This document shows, piece by piece, positions 38,001 through 49,900 of a stretch of 64,000 bases of DNA. How positions within the stretch are numbered: the stretch's first letter is position 1; the number at the start of each line of letters is the position of its first letter. Source of the stretch: Cyanophora paradoxa CCMP329 (Eukaryota; Plantae; Glaucophyta); contig QPMI01000039.1 of NCBI GenBank assembly GCA_004431415.1, positions 558,001 to 622,000 on the forward strand. Reading direction: 5' to 3'. The position numbers and the translations under genes are program-made. Under the pieces are notes generated by a model. It saw only the letters and a program-made list of their open reading frames with translations, had not been told where the DNA came from and searched no databases.

Positions 38001-41000
38001 CCCCGACTCTCCCCCCCGCCCCTCCGTGACTCCTTTCGCAGCTTCGCGCGGATCATCCACTCGCTGCGGGGGCGCGACAGCCCCGCAGGCCCCGCCGCCG
38101 TGCACCCCGCCCCGGCGCCTCTCACCCGCGCCGCCACCAAGCGCTTCCGCCTGCGGTCCGCTGTACCCCCTCCCCTTTCTTCCCCTCCTAACGCTTTCGG
38201 CGCAGCGAGCTGGCGCCGTTCGGCCCCGTGATCCGGGACGTCCAGACGACCCTCCTCGCCTTCAGCCAGGCACGCGTACCCCCCCTAACCAACCTGACCC
38301 CGCTCCTATCCCGACTGACGTACCCCGGCCCGCAGGTGCTCACGCAGGAGACCCAGACCAAGATCGAGATGCGCGTCCGCGTGCGTACCCCCCACCTCGG
38401 TTTGATCCTCCTCCCACTCCGCCGTCCCCTGAGTACCGACGCGCAGGCCGAGTCTACGAAGAAGTTCCTCGCGGTACCCCTTCCCTTCACTCCGTTTCAC
38501 ATTTTTCCCCTCCCCTTGCCGACCCTCGCCCCCCTCCTCGACGACGTAGACGATGTCCCACGAGATGAGGTACCCCTCCGTCTCTTCCCCCCTCCCCCCC
38601 GACCGCCGCCGAAACCCGCCCCGCAGGACACCGCTCAACGGGATTATGGGCATGCTGGCGCGTGCCGCGTACCCCTCCTCCCGCTCTTCCCCCCTGATGC
38701 GGTACTCCAGGAGCTGGCGTTGGACTGCGAGCTATCCCCCGAGGCGGATGACTTCGTTCGCTCGGCGCTCTCCTCGGCGGACCACCTCCTCTTCCTCATC
38801 AACGTGCGTACCCCCCTCCCGATTCCGGTATCCCTTCCCCCTGCAAGCCGACCCACCCCCTCGCCCGCTCGCAGGACGTACTCGACTACCGTGCACCCCC
38901 TGCTGCCTCCTCCTCCCCTGCCCCTCTCCCTCTCCTTTCTGACCGCCGGCCGCCCCCGCCCCCGGTCCCCTTGCAGAGCGAATCGAGGCCGGGGTACGCT
39001 CCTTTTCCCCATTCCGCCTCCCCCTCCCCCCTCCTCACCCCGGGCCAGATGCTGGAGCTGCAGCGGGTGCCGTTCAGCGTGCGGGAGGCCTTTATGTCGG
39101 CCGCCCGCATGGTCCAGATGAACGCCGCCGCTAAGGCGAGCCCCCGCGAACCAGGAGGCAGGCGGGCGGCCTCCCGGCGTCCTTCTTCCTAAGGCGGGCG
39201 GGCGGGGCCGCGCGCGCGCGCAGGGCCTGGAGATCGAGGTGGAGCTGGACGAGGGGATACCCCCCCTGCTCCTCGGGGACCCGGACCGCCTCCGCCAGTG
39301 CCTCCTCAACCTCCTCTCCAAGTCCATCCCTTTCCTTTCCTTTTCTTCCTTTTGCTTTTCTTCTTCTTCTCCTTTCTTATCGGTTTTCGTCGTGTAGCGC
39401 GGTGAAGTACAGCTGGAAGGGCACCATCCGGGGCGCCGCCCGCGTGCAGGAGCACAGGCCGGCCGCCTCCACCTCCGCCCCGGCCGGCGCCGGCGCCGGC
39501 GCCGGCGCCGGGGAGGGGGAGGGGGGGGACGGGGAGGGGGGCGAGGCCTCCGTCGTCGTCTACTTCGAGGTGCGCCTAAAAATAGAACCGGCGGATCAAA
39601 TTCAATTCCGCTGTTGCCGACGGCGCGGCGCGGCGCAGGTGGTGGACTGCGGGCCGGGGATCGACCCTGAGAGCCAGAAGCAGCTCTTCAGCCGGCGCGT
39701 ACCCCCCTTTCCTCCCCCCCGTGCCCCGCGCCCTCTGAGGCGGCCGCAGGTTCTTCCGGGTGCCGCAGCACCAGCGAAAGGACCAACCGGACCCCGGCGG
39801 CTCTGGCGCGCCCGCCCCGCCCCGCCCTCTTTGATCCCGGGGTGCGCTGACGCCCCACCGCCCCCCGCCCCCCCGCAGGGCTCGGCCTGGCGATCACGAA
39901 GGAGATCGTGGAGCGCTCCAGCGGCGCCATCGGCTGCGCCTCCGAGGCCCGCGAATCCGTACCCCCGCACCCGTCCCCGGGCCGTACAGCTCACCCGGGG
40001 CGCGCAGGTGGGTGTCGGCTCACGCTTCTACTTCCACCTCCCCTTCTGCATCCGTGCGCCCCGCGTACCCCCCACCCCTCCCATCCCCCCCCTCACCTCC
40101 TTTCGGGGCAGCGGATCCGGAGGAGGAGGGGGAGCCGGCGGGGCGGGCGTCGTCGGGGCCGACGTCACCCTCCGCCTCCTTCGCCCGCCCCTCCCGCATC
40201 GCCTCCCACCGCTCCGCACGCAGCGACGCCTCCGGCGCCCCCGGGACCGCCGGCGCCGCTGGGGGCCCGCGGCCCTCGTGGCGCCTGTCAGCGGTGCAGC
40301 GGCCCTCGCTGCGGCTCGCGCCGGCGCCCCGCGCCTCCCTCCGCGCCACCGCCGCCCTGCGGCCTCGGAGGGCCAGACCCCGGCGGCCCCGACGCCCTCG
40401 CCGCGGCGGCGGCGGCGGCCGCCGCCGCCATCGGCCGCGGCAACGCCAGCCCGCCCGCCCGCATCCTCGTCGCTGAAGGTCGGCGTACCCCCCTCTCCCT
40501 TCGCCCCGCTTCGTCTGACTGTACCCCCCAGACGACGCGGTGAACTCGCGCATCCTGTGCACGATCCTCCGCAACGCCGGCCACCGGGTACGCACATGTC
40601 TCTCTCATTCCCCCCTCCGCGCCCGCCTCACATCCCCCCCTCCTCCCAGGTGGAGCTGGCGGTGGACGGCGCCGCGGCCGTCGCCGCCTTCAAAGCAGCG
40701 GCTGCGGCCGCCGCCGCCGCGGCCCCGGCCCCCGCAGGGGCCTCGCCTTTGCCCCCGGCGCCCTGCTTCGACGTCGTCTTCATGGACATCATGATGCCCG
40801 CCATGGACGGTCCGCCCATCCCCTCCCGCCCCCCCTCCCCTCTTTTTGAGGGCTGGGGCCTGACGGTGCGGCAGGGTACGCGGCGACGCGTGCGATCCGC
40901 GGGGAGGAGGCGGCGCGGGGCCTCCCCCGCCACGCCATCGTCGCCCTCGTGCGCCACCCCCGCCCCGCCCCCGAAGCCGGCTCACGGCCTCTCTGACGCA

Positions 41001-41826
41001 CGGGGTCGCAGACGGCGCACGCGGGGGCGGAGGACGAGGCGGCGTGCCTCTCCGCCGGCATGGACTCCGTCCTCACCAAGCCCGTGCGCACGCCCAGCCG
41101 CGAGCCGCCCCCGCCAAACCGACGCCGTCTGGCGCGGCAGGTGCGGAAGCAGGCGCTGCTCGCCAAGGTGGACGAGATCGTCGCCGCCGCCCGCGGCGAG
41201 GGCGGGCCCGGCGGGCCCGGGGGCGGGGTCGGCGCCCTCGCCGGGCGCAGCTTCAAGGCCCGCCGCACCGGCTCCTGGCGCGTCGGCGGCTCCTTCCGCG
41301 TCGGCTCCTTCAAGGGTCCGGTGCTCTCCGAGGGGCCCGCCCCCGCCTCCCCCGCCTCCCCGGCCTCCCTCCCCTCCTTCTCGCCCCGCTCCCGCTCGCC
41401 CCCGCTCGCCGGGCGGCCGGCCCCCGCGCCCCACTCGCACAGCTCCGGCCGCCTCTCGGTCCTCGCCTCCTACAGCGCAGTCGGGGGTGCCACCAGCAGC
41501 CGGACCGCCCCGGCCGCCGCCACCGGGGCCTCCCTCTCCTCCTCGCGCCCCGCCCGCCCCGGCCGCCCCAGATGCCCCGCCCCCGCCCCCGCCCCGGCCC
41601 CGGCCCCGGCACCGGCACCGGCTCCGGCACCGGCGGCGCCGGCGCCGGCGGCCGGGGCGCAGCCCTCGCCGGTGGTACCGGGCCCAGGCCCGGGCTCGCC
41701 GCTGGCCGTGGAGAGGCACTGGCGGCCGCTCGCCGGCGCCGCCTCGCACCCCCTCGGCCGGTTCCGGTGCGGCCCGCCGGCCGTCCCGCAGCCGCGCCCG
41801 ACCCCGGGCCGCGCCCGGGCCCTCTG

Positions 41827-41865
<39 letters not shown>

Positions 41866-43231
41866 AGGCACCTCGAGGGAGAGTCCGCGAGGCCCGGCTC
41901 CCCCGCCGGTACCCCCAAGCGCCGCCTCGTGCGCGCCGCCCCCGGCCCAGCCCTTGGAATCCAGCCGACCCGGTACCCCCCGCAGCGGCGGCTCAGCCTG
42001 GACGAGGGGTCGATGGGGGTACCGTCCCCCGCGGGGCCCGGGGAGGCCCCCTCGGCCTCCTCGACGCCGCGCTCGTCGGCCGGGGGCGGGGCGGCCCACC
42101 CGCGGAGCCACGGCCCCCCGCTCGACATCCTCGTCGTCGACGACGTCGACGTGCGTACCCCCCGGCTTGCTCCTACCCCCCTCCCCGCCCCGCCGACGGG
42201 CTTCGGGCTTCCCGGCAGATGAACCGCCGCGTCCTCACCGCCTTCCTCACCAAGGAGGGCCACCGCGTGCGTACCCCTCCCCGGCTTACCCCCGCCATCC
42301 ACCTTTACCCCCCTCACTCCTCCCCCCCCCAGGTGGAGCTGGCGAAGGACGGGGAGGAGGCGGTGGCGGCGTTCGAGGCCCGCGCCCGCGCCCACGTCGT
42401 GCGCCCCGTACACGTACCCCCCTTCATCTCTCGCCCCCTGACGCCCCCGCCAGGACCCCGAGAAGCCGCCGCTGGATCTAATCTTCATGGACATCGGTCA
42501 GTTGTTTCTCAGTTCATCCCACAGCTTCGGCGAGTAGCTGAGCCCCATTCTTTTTTGTGCGCAGCCATGCCCAAGATGGACGGCAACCAGGCGCGTCCCA
42601 ATCCATACGTTGTAGCTGGAGCCGGCGCGACTCTCCGCTGACGGTGTTCGCGGCAGGCGGCGCGGCGCATCCGGGCGCTGGAGGCGGAGCTCGGCCTGGG
42701 CCTCGCCACCCGCACCCCGATCGTCGGTCCGCCCCCCTCCCGCCCTTTCCCCCGGCCTTGGCTTGGCTGACGAGCCTCACGCCCGCCCCCACCGCCCCTC
42801 GCAGCCTGCACGGCCTTCAACTCGCCGCAGGGCGCGCCCCCGCGCCTCGCCCGGGGCCCGCCGCCCCGCCCCTCGCCTGACACGGCGTACCCCGCAGACC
42901 GCGAGGCCGTCATCGCGTCGGGAATGGACGCACACATCGCCAAGGTGCGAACGAAGCGCCCCCCTCCCCCCCCCAAGAGCGCTTCGTTCGCAGAGCGCTT
43001 CGCTCGCAGCCGGTGACGCGGGCGGTCCTGCTGCCCCTCCTGAAGCGCTTCAGCGGGGGGGCGGCCGCCGCCTCCGCCGCCGCCTCGCCGGCGCTGGCGG
43101 GCGGCGAGGGCTTCGTCTCGCGGGGCCGCCGCTCGCGCTCCGAGTCGGCGCTGGAGGCGGTCACGGGCCCGCTGCCCCGGCCCACGCCGCCGCCCTCCAG
43201 GTCGCCCTCGCCGCCCTCCCCCGCCGCCTGA
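35095..43231 (+). CDS. Hybrid sensor histidine kinase: 2 TM, extracytoplasmic domain, HisKA, HATPase_c, two receiver domains
   Basis: Kinase boxes KFLA|TMSHEMR|TPLNGIMGM (H), GDPDRLRQCLLNLLSN|AVKY (N), VVDCGPGI (G1), GSG|LGLAI (G2). REC1 ILVAE|DD..VFMDIMMPAMDG..KP. REC2 ILVVDD..IFMDI|AMPKMDG..K|P. Confidence 0.92.
41829..41865 (+). repeat. Poly-C homopolymer (~37 nt) at an intron 3' end
   Basis: C run between CTGAA and the AG acceptor. Confidence 0.9.
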
Positions 43232-43499
43232 GCGAGACCGGCGAGGAGAGCTTAGGGAGGAGGGGAGGGGGGGAGGAGGCCCCGGGGCCCCGGCGGCGGC
43301 CTCGGCCTCGGCCTCCTCGGCACGGCCACGGCCCACGCGGCCGCCGGCGACCCCGGCGCCGCCGCGGCGCCCCCGCCCCCGGCTGCCCTGGCGCCGGCGC
43401 CCCGGCACCCCGCCTCCTTCGCGGAGAACAGCGCCCAGCTCTAGCCCTCAGGGGCCATCCGCTCACTACATTACATACACTTCGTGTCCACAGTTTATG

Positions 43500-44820
43500 T
43501 AGCTTCAAGAGGGACATTTCCATATATCACCGTCCGAGTCGTTTTTGAGTGTACATAATTGTCACAGTGACCGCAGTGTCTCTCAGTGTCTGCAGTGCCC
43601 CCCTGGGCCTGCCGCAGTGCGGCTGACACCTATTCTCGGTGCTCTGAGCTTTACACTCAGAACAGATGACGGCAGCTCATCGTGTGTTTGCTCTGATCGC
43701 GAGGGCTGAAAACTTCGCGTGTGTGACTTCATACCGTAGTACTACGATATCGAGATATATAGGATCGGCTCTTCAGCCGCATTAATAATCAGAACATGGA
43801 CAGCTTATTGCGATTGTGTATATTGTCTTAAACATTTTGTGAATTGATTCATGTGCACGTGTGCACCGTGTGCACGTGTGCATGTGCAACTATCTGTGCT
43901 ACGGTGGCACGTGCACGGTGTATAAAGGGCCACTGACTTGCCGCGCGCGTCAGTTGGGTCCGGGGAAGGGCATTTAACCTCGGCGAATCCAAGATCATGC
44001 AGCTCTAGATCCGGAGCGGACCGGAGGCTCGAGGCCCAGGGCGACTCATGCCGAGGAGCTCGAGGGGCCGGGGCCGGAGGGGGCTCGCGAGGATGGGCGT
44101 CGGGGCCGAGGAGCGCCGAGGAGCGCTAAAGCTAACCGTTCGACGCCAGGCCGGGGCCAGGCGAGCTGTTTTCGAGGGGAGTTCTAGAATTCGAAAGAGG
44201 AGGCTAGAAGATCTAGAGGTTGGGCGCGGCCGCGGCGCTCGCAAACCTTAAAGCTTGTACATGTACGTGTGCTCCTGCGCTTGCCAGTACTAGTGCGCGC
44301 GCGCCCCGTCGCGCGCGCGCGCGAGACCTAGGCGGGGCACGCGTACTTAAGGCCTGTTACGTACCAAGGGGCGGTGCGCAGTTACGAGCGCACCGTGCAT
44401 ACAGATATGCATGCATAGCGAATTCGAAGGCCACTGGGCCAGGTACGGTTAGGCGCCTGTCCAGATAGCTATAATAGGCGTCGCAATCGGCGCGGCTAGC
44501 GCTGCATGCGCAGCTATAGCTAGCGCTGGTACGGTGCTGCCGCATGCGCAGTGCGCGCGCGCGGGTGCGCGTGCGTGCACGTAGCGCGGAGGTGCGCTGC
44601 TGGTCTAGGGGCCTCTGGAGCTCCTCCGCGATCTGCAGCTGGCGCGGGCGATTGCAAACCTAGGCCTGCGCGGCCGCGGGCGCGAGCACGGGGGTACTGT
44701 CATGTGCGGCTAGTGGGCGCAAGCTAGTGCGGCTGGGTTGCGTCGAACCGAGCCGAGCTATAGCTAGCTGCACGGCGCTAGCGCTGCGAGCTTGCAGCTA
44801 GCACTGCGCATGCAGGCGTC
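43500..44820. other. Non-coding, lower-GC, palindrome-rich intergenic region
   Basis: No credible spliced ORF. Dense GTGCAC, AGCT, CTAG, TGCA and GCGC words. Confidence 0.55.
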
Positions 44821-45431
44821 AAAACCGCGTGGGGGGAGAAAGTGGCCGGGGGAGACCGTAAAAAGACTTTTGCAGGGTAAGTTAACTGACTCTCCAATGT
44901 GATTGGCTAGCGCGCGCGGCGTCCTCCCACGCGACCGCGTTCGCGCCCGGCCTCGCTCTTGCAGTACGGAATGTCGAACATGATGCGCGCAACGACCTCG
45001 AACTGGTCTGGCTCATATATCTGCTCCCTGTGCGTCGCTGGACCCATTTTTGTCCCGGGTGTTGGTGCCTGTTCCTGGATCACCCTTTGGTCGGACGGGA
45101 CCGGGAGACATGGTTTCGGGGTCCCCTGGGAATGCGCTTTCAGGGTGTACCGCGCGGCCCCGGTTTTGCGGAGGTCGGGGAAATGGGATTTGGGGTAGGG
45201 TTGGGCCCAAGGGACAGGGACAGGGGAAGTGTTTTACCCTTCCCCAACAAGCCTTGAAGTTCCGTGGTCTCAGAGCCTCGGAGTTTCCAGCCTCAGGGCC
45301 TGGCAGCTGCAAGGCTCGAGACGTGGATCCGGATCACCGGTACCCCGGCTCGGCATCGGACGCCGGCGTGGTCGCCTGCGCCCGCGGGCTCCTCCCGCCC
45401 CGCACCCCCGCGGGCCGTGCCACGGTGCTAC

Positions 45432-46872
45432 CTAACGGGCAGGAGACTGGGCGAGCTCGAAGTGCCGGGGCTCGCGGGCCGGCGCGCCCCCGGGTCCGGG
45501 GTCCGGGGCCAGCCGCCGGGCCGCCTCCCCTGCGGGGCCGAACGCGAGGAAGCGGCGGGCCCAGAGGCAGAAGGCGCGCGCGAGGGCGCGGCAGCGCGCC
45601 GCCTCCGCGATTTCGGGGTCCGAGCCAAGCGCCGCCGCCCCCTCCACCAGCCCCTCCAGCAGCCCCGCCCCGCCCCCGCAGCCGCAGCCGCAGGCGCCGG
45701 TCTCGGCGCAGCGGCGGGCGAGGAAGCGGCGGTGGAGCCAGAGGGACTCCTTGGCGGGGTACCACTCCGTGACCTGCTCGAGAAAGCCGACCTCGGCGGC
45801 GAGGCGGCAGGCGGGGCAGCCCGGGGCCAGCAGCAGCGCCCGCTGCCGGTAGTGCCACCCGCTGTAGTCCCCCGGGCTCCGCCCCGCCCACGCCTCCGTC
45901 CCCGCCAGCTCCCCCGCCGCCGCCGCCGGCTCCGCCACCGCCGCCCGCTCCAGCGCCCAGCCGCGGTGCGTCCAGGCGTGGTAGTTCTTGGGGTACAGGC
46001 TCCCCACCCGCCTGCCGGCGCCGCCCCGTCTCAGAGGGCCCGGCCGGGCCGTCCCCTCCGAGGGGCGCGGCGCACCCGCAGACTTCGGCCTCGTGGCGGA
46101 ATGTCTCTACGGAGAGTGCCACGCCCCCGCCGGCTCCGGGCGGCCCCGCGCCTCCCCCGCAGAAGAAGCGCTGCAGGAGCCAGCGCCTGATGGAGAATGT
46201 GAAGGCGGGCGGGCGGGCGGGCGGGGCAGCGCCACACCGGTGCGCCCACGCCTCGGCGCTCTTCGTGTGCTTCGTGAAAAGCAGGTCGAGGAAGGCGAGC
46301 TCGGCCGCCGGCGCCTGCGCGCCCGCCTCCAGCGCCCGCTTCCGCGCGTTCCAGGCCGTCCCGTGGTCCGCGTTCACCAGCAGCACGCCCCGCGTGCAGC
46401 TGAGCAGCCGCCGCGCGAGCTCCTGGTCGGGGCGCTCCCCGGCCCGCACGCGCTCTGCGCGGCGGGAGTGAGCCCAGCGCGGCGCCGGGCGCTCGGCGCC
46501 GGCGCTCGGGGGCCGCGCACCGCGCAGAGAAGGGAGGGCCTCGGCGAACGCTTTCCGGGCCTGCACGTACAGCACGGGTATGAACCACGGCGCGACGCCG
46601 AGCTTGTGGTTCTCGACGACGAGCGGCGGATCGCCCTGCGGGCCCAGCCGGGCGGCCAGCGCGAGCACGCCGAGGAGGCTCTTCCCCAGGTCGCGGTTCG
46701 ACTCGAGACCCGAGGAGAGCATCACGCCCATCTCGTCGCTGCCCTCGGGGCCCCCGGCGGGTCAGATCGGCCGCGCGCGGCTACGGACCCGTGCAAAGCA
46801 GCGCAGATCGACGCACATGTCGGGGTCCCGCTCGAACGCCTCGTCCAGGCATCGCAGAGCGTCGACCGCCAT
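45432..46872 (-). CDS. PTAR1: Protein prenyltransferase alpha-subunit repeat protein (PTAR1 / GGTase-III alpha-like)
   Basis: PPTA repeats LLVNADHGTAWNARKR, ELAFLDLLFTKHTKSAEAWAHRRWL, YPKNYHAWTHRGW, DYSGWHYRQ, YPAKESLWLHRRF. Confidence 0.85.
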
Positions 46873-46948
46873 CGATTGAAGTCGACGACCCCGGATCGAC
46901 TCCGTGGGGCGTCCGTTTCTCCGCGCCACCGAGTCTTGCAGCAGAGGC
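46873..46948. promoter_or_regulatory. Very short bidirectional promoter region (PTAR1 / CUL4)
   Basis: 76 bp between the divergent predicted ATGs. Confidence 0.5.
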
Positions 46949-49900
46949 ATGCACGGTGCCGCGACGAGCAGCGGCGGGAAGCGCAAATCTGCAACAGCTG
47001 CAGCAACAGCAAGTACAGGAGCGCCATCTGCTGCTGTTTCGAAGCGAATCAAGCCGGACGAGATGGAGGACGGTGCGGGCGCCGCAGACGGCTCCAGCGG
47101 GTCAGGCACGTCGCCCGTGGGCGGCATGTCGACCGGCAGTTCGAACCTTTCGCGCAAGAAAACCCCTGCGCCCGCCCCTGTGAAGAAGATGGTCATCAAG
47201 CCCTTCAAAGGTACGCTATTCGCCTTCACTCAGCGCTGTTAACCGCCGTTCGCTCGCCTGCGGTCGCCTAGTGGCGCGAACGCGGGCGCCCCGCCCCGCG
47301 TACACTCCCGCGCTGACTGTGCCGCCTGTGCCGCGCGCGTCGAACGCAGTCAAGCCCAAGCTTCCCGAGCAGTTCGAAGCAGAAACGTGGGAGAAGCTTA
47401 AAGGCGCTGTGGCGGCCGTGCACACCAAGCAGCCTGTGTCGTGCAGCCTGGAGGAGCTGTACCGGGTGCGTGTTCACTCACTGTCGCTCGCATGCGATTC
47501 CACACTGCCTGAGGCGGCCGCTCGCCGCTCTTGCCGCTGCAGGCGGTTGAGGACCTGTGCCTGCACAAGATGGCGGAGAACCTGTACAAGCAGCTTCAGG
47601 CCGAGTGCGAGTCGTTCGCCGAGAAGAAGCTCAAGGAGCTGCTCAAATATCCTTGCAACTGCGAACGCCTGCCCTCCGTTCTTGCCGACGAACGCTCGCT
47701 CCTTGACCCGCGCCGCACCCAGACTCCCGATCACGTAGTCTTCCTCGCACAGGTGGAATCCGCATGGCAGGATCATTGCAATCAAATGGTGCGCTTCTGT
47801 GCGGCGCGCGCGACTCCGCGGCCCAGGCCGACTCGCGCCGCCCGCGCAGCTCACCATCCGGAGCATCTTCCTGTACTTGGACCGCACGTATGTCATCCAA
47901 ACGGCTAACGTGCGGTCGCTATGGTGCGTGTCCGCCCGGCCTGCCGCGCGCGGAAAGAGAGGGCCGACGCGGACGCAGGGAGATGGGCCTACAGCTCTTC
48001 CGGAAGTACCTCACGCAGCACAAGGAGGTGGAGGAGAAGACGATTCAGGGCCTGCTCGCGCTCATCGAGAAGGAGCGCTGCGGCGAGGTCGTGGACCGAC
48101 CCCTCCTCAAGAACCTCCTGCGCATGCTCTCCAGCCTCCAGGCGCGCGCCCCCGCGCCCTGCGCGCGCTGGATCCGCGCCGCCTGACTCAAACCAGATGT
48201 ACGCGGACTGCTTCGAAAAGGTCTTCCTGGAGGAGACGAATGCCTTCTACCGCTCTGAGGGCGAGCGCTTCAAGTCCCAGACCGACGTGCGCCGCTCCTT
48301 TTCCTCTTTCCTCCTTTCTCTTCCTTTTCGAGCCGCGGGGCAGGTGCCGGACTACCTGAAGCACGTTGAGACCCGGCTGAAGGAGGAGAACGAGCGCGTG
48401 AACAATTACCTGGACGCCTCCACGAAGAAGCCGCTGATCCAGGCCCTCGAGAAGCAGCTCCTCACCAGCCACGTCGAGCACATCCTCACCGCCGGTGCGC
48501 GGTCGCAGGCGCCGGCGTGGGCGCGAGGCACCTCGCGCGCCCCGTCCGCCGGCTCTGACGGCGGCCGGCAGGCTTCGACGGGCTGATGGACGAGACGAGG
48601 AAAGAGGACCTGCGGAGGATGTACACGCTCCTCAAGAGCGTCATGAGCGTCGAGGAGCTCAAGAAGACGTGGCACAAGTACATCCGGGTGCGCCGTACCC
48701 TTCCCCACCCTCTCGGCGCCACCCCCGCCTGACGCGCGGCGGGCGGGCGGGCGGGCGGCAGACGACGGGCCTGAAGATGGTGGAGGACGAGCAGAAGGAC
48801 AAGCAGATGGTGCAAGACCTTCTGGATTTTAAGGCGCGCCCCCCGAGCCCGCCCGCCCGCCCTACGCTCCCGCCCGCTCTCTTTCTCCCGCTGAGGCGCG
48901 GTGCAGGCGAAGCTGGACGGCATCTGGGACGAGTCGTTCGACCGGAACGACACATTCATGAACGCCCTCAAGGCGCGCCGGCCGCCCCCGCCCCGCCCCG
49001 CCCCTCCCCAACGCCGCTGACGGACGCCGCCCCAGGATGCCTTCGAGTCGTTCATCAACACGCGGCAGAACAAGCCGGCGGAGCTGATCGGTGCGCGCGG
49101 AGGGCGGGCCGGCGCCCGGCGCGGGGCCGGCGGGCAGCGGCTGACCGGGCGAGGGGGGCGCACAGCCAAGTTCATCGACGGGCTGCTGCGGGCGGGCAAC
49201 AAGGGCCAGAGCGAGGAGGAGCTCGAGTCCGCGATGGACAAGGTCATGACCCTCTTCCGGTGCGCGCGCGCGAAGCCGGCGCATTCCCCTCTTCTCTTCT
49301 CTTCTTCTTCGTTGCTCTGGTCCTCCCTCACTCTCCGGCGCCCCTGCAGCTTCATCCAGGGCAAGGACGTCTTCGAGGCGTTCTACAAGAAGGACCTGGC
49401 GAAGCGGCTCCTGCTGGGGAAGAGCGCCTCGACGGACGCCGAGAAGTCCATGATCTCCAAGCTCAAGAACGAGTGCGGGTCGACGTTCACGAACAAGCTG
49501 GAGGGCATGTTCAAGGACATCGACCTGAGCAAGGACATCATGGGGACGTTCCGGCAGAGCTCGCGGCACGCCGAGCTCCTCGGCGACATCGAGCTGCACG
49601 TCTCCGTGCTGACGACGGGGAGCTGGCCGCCGTACACCGCCGACAAGGTGAACCTGCCCCAGGAGCTGGGCAAGGTTCAGGAGGTCTTCTCCCAGTTCTA
49701 CCTCGCCAAGCACTCGGGGCGGCGCCTCCACTGGCAGAACAGCCTCGGCCACTGCGTCCTCAAGGCCTGGTTCCCCCTGGTCAGCACGGCGGCCGGGCCC
49801 AGCCAGCCGGCCCCGCTCGGCGCCGCCCCCGCCCCGCTCAACGCCGCGCGCGCGCTCTTTCTCGCAGGGCAAGAAGGAGCTCTCGGTGTCGCTCTTCCAG

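Noticed and set aside
39402-42641. 1079-aa ORF and many other long Arg/Gly/Pro-rich ORFs in the track
   Set aside because: Stop-poor reading frames caused by very high GC. They read through introns or lie antisense to real spliced genes.
43560-43760. Possible snoRNA or other ncRNA
   Set aside because: No convincing C/D or H/ACA boxes, tRNA or rRNA signature by eye.
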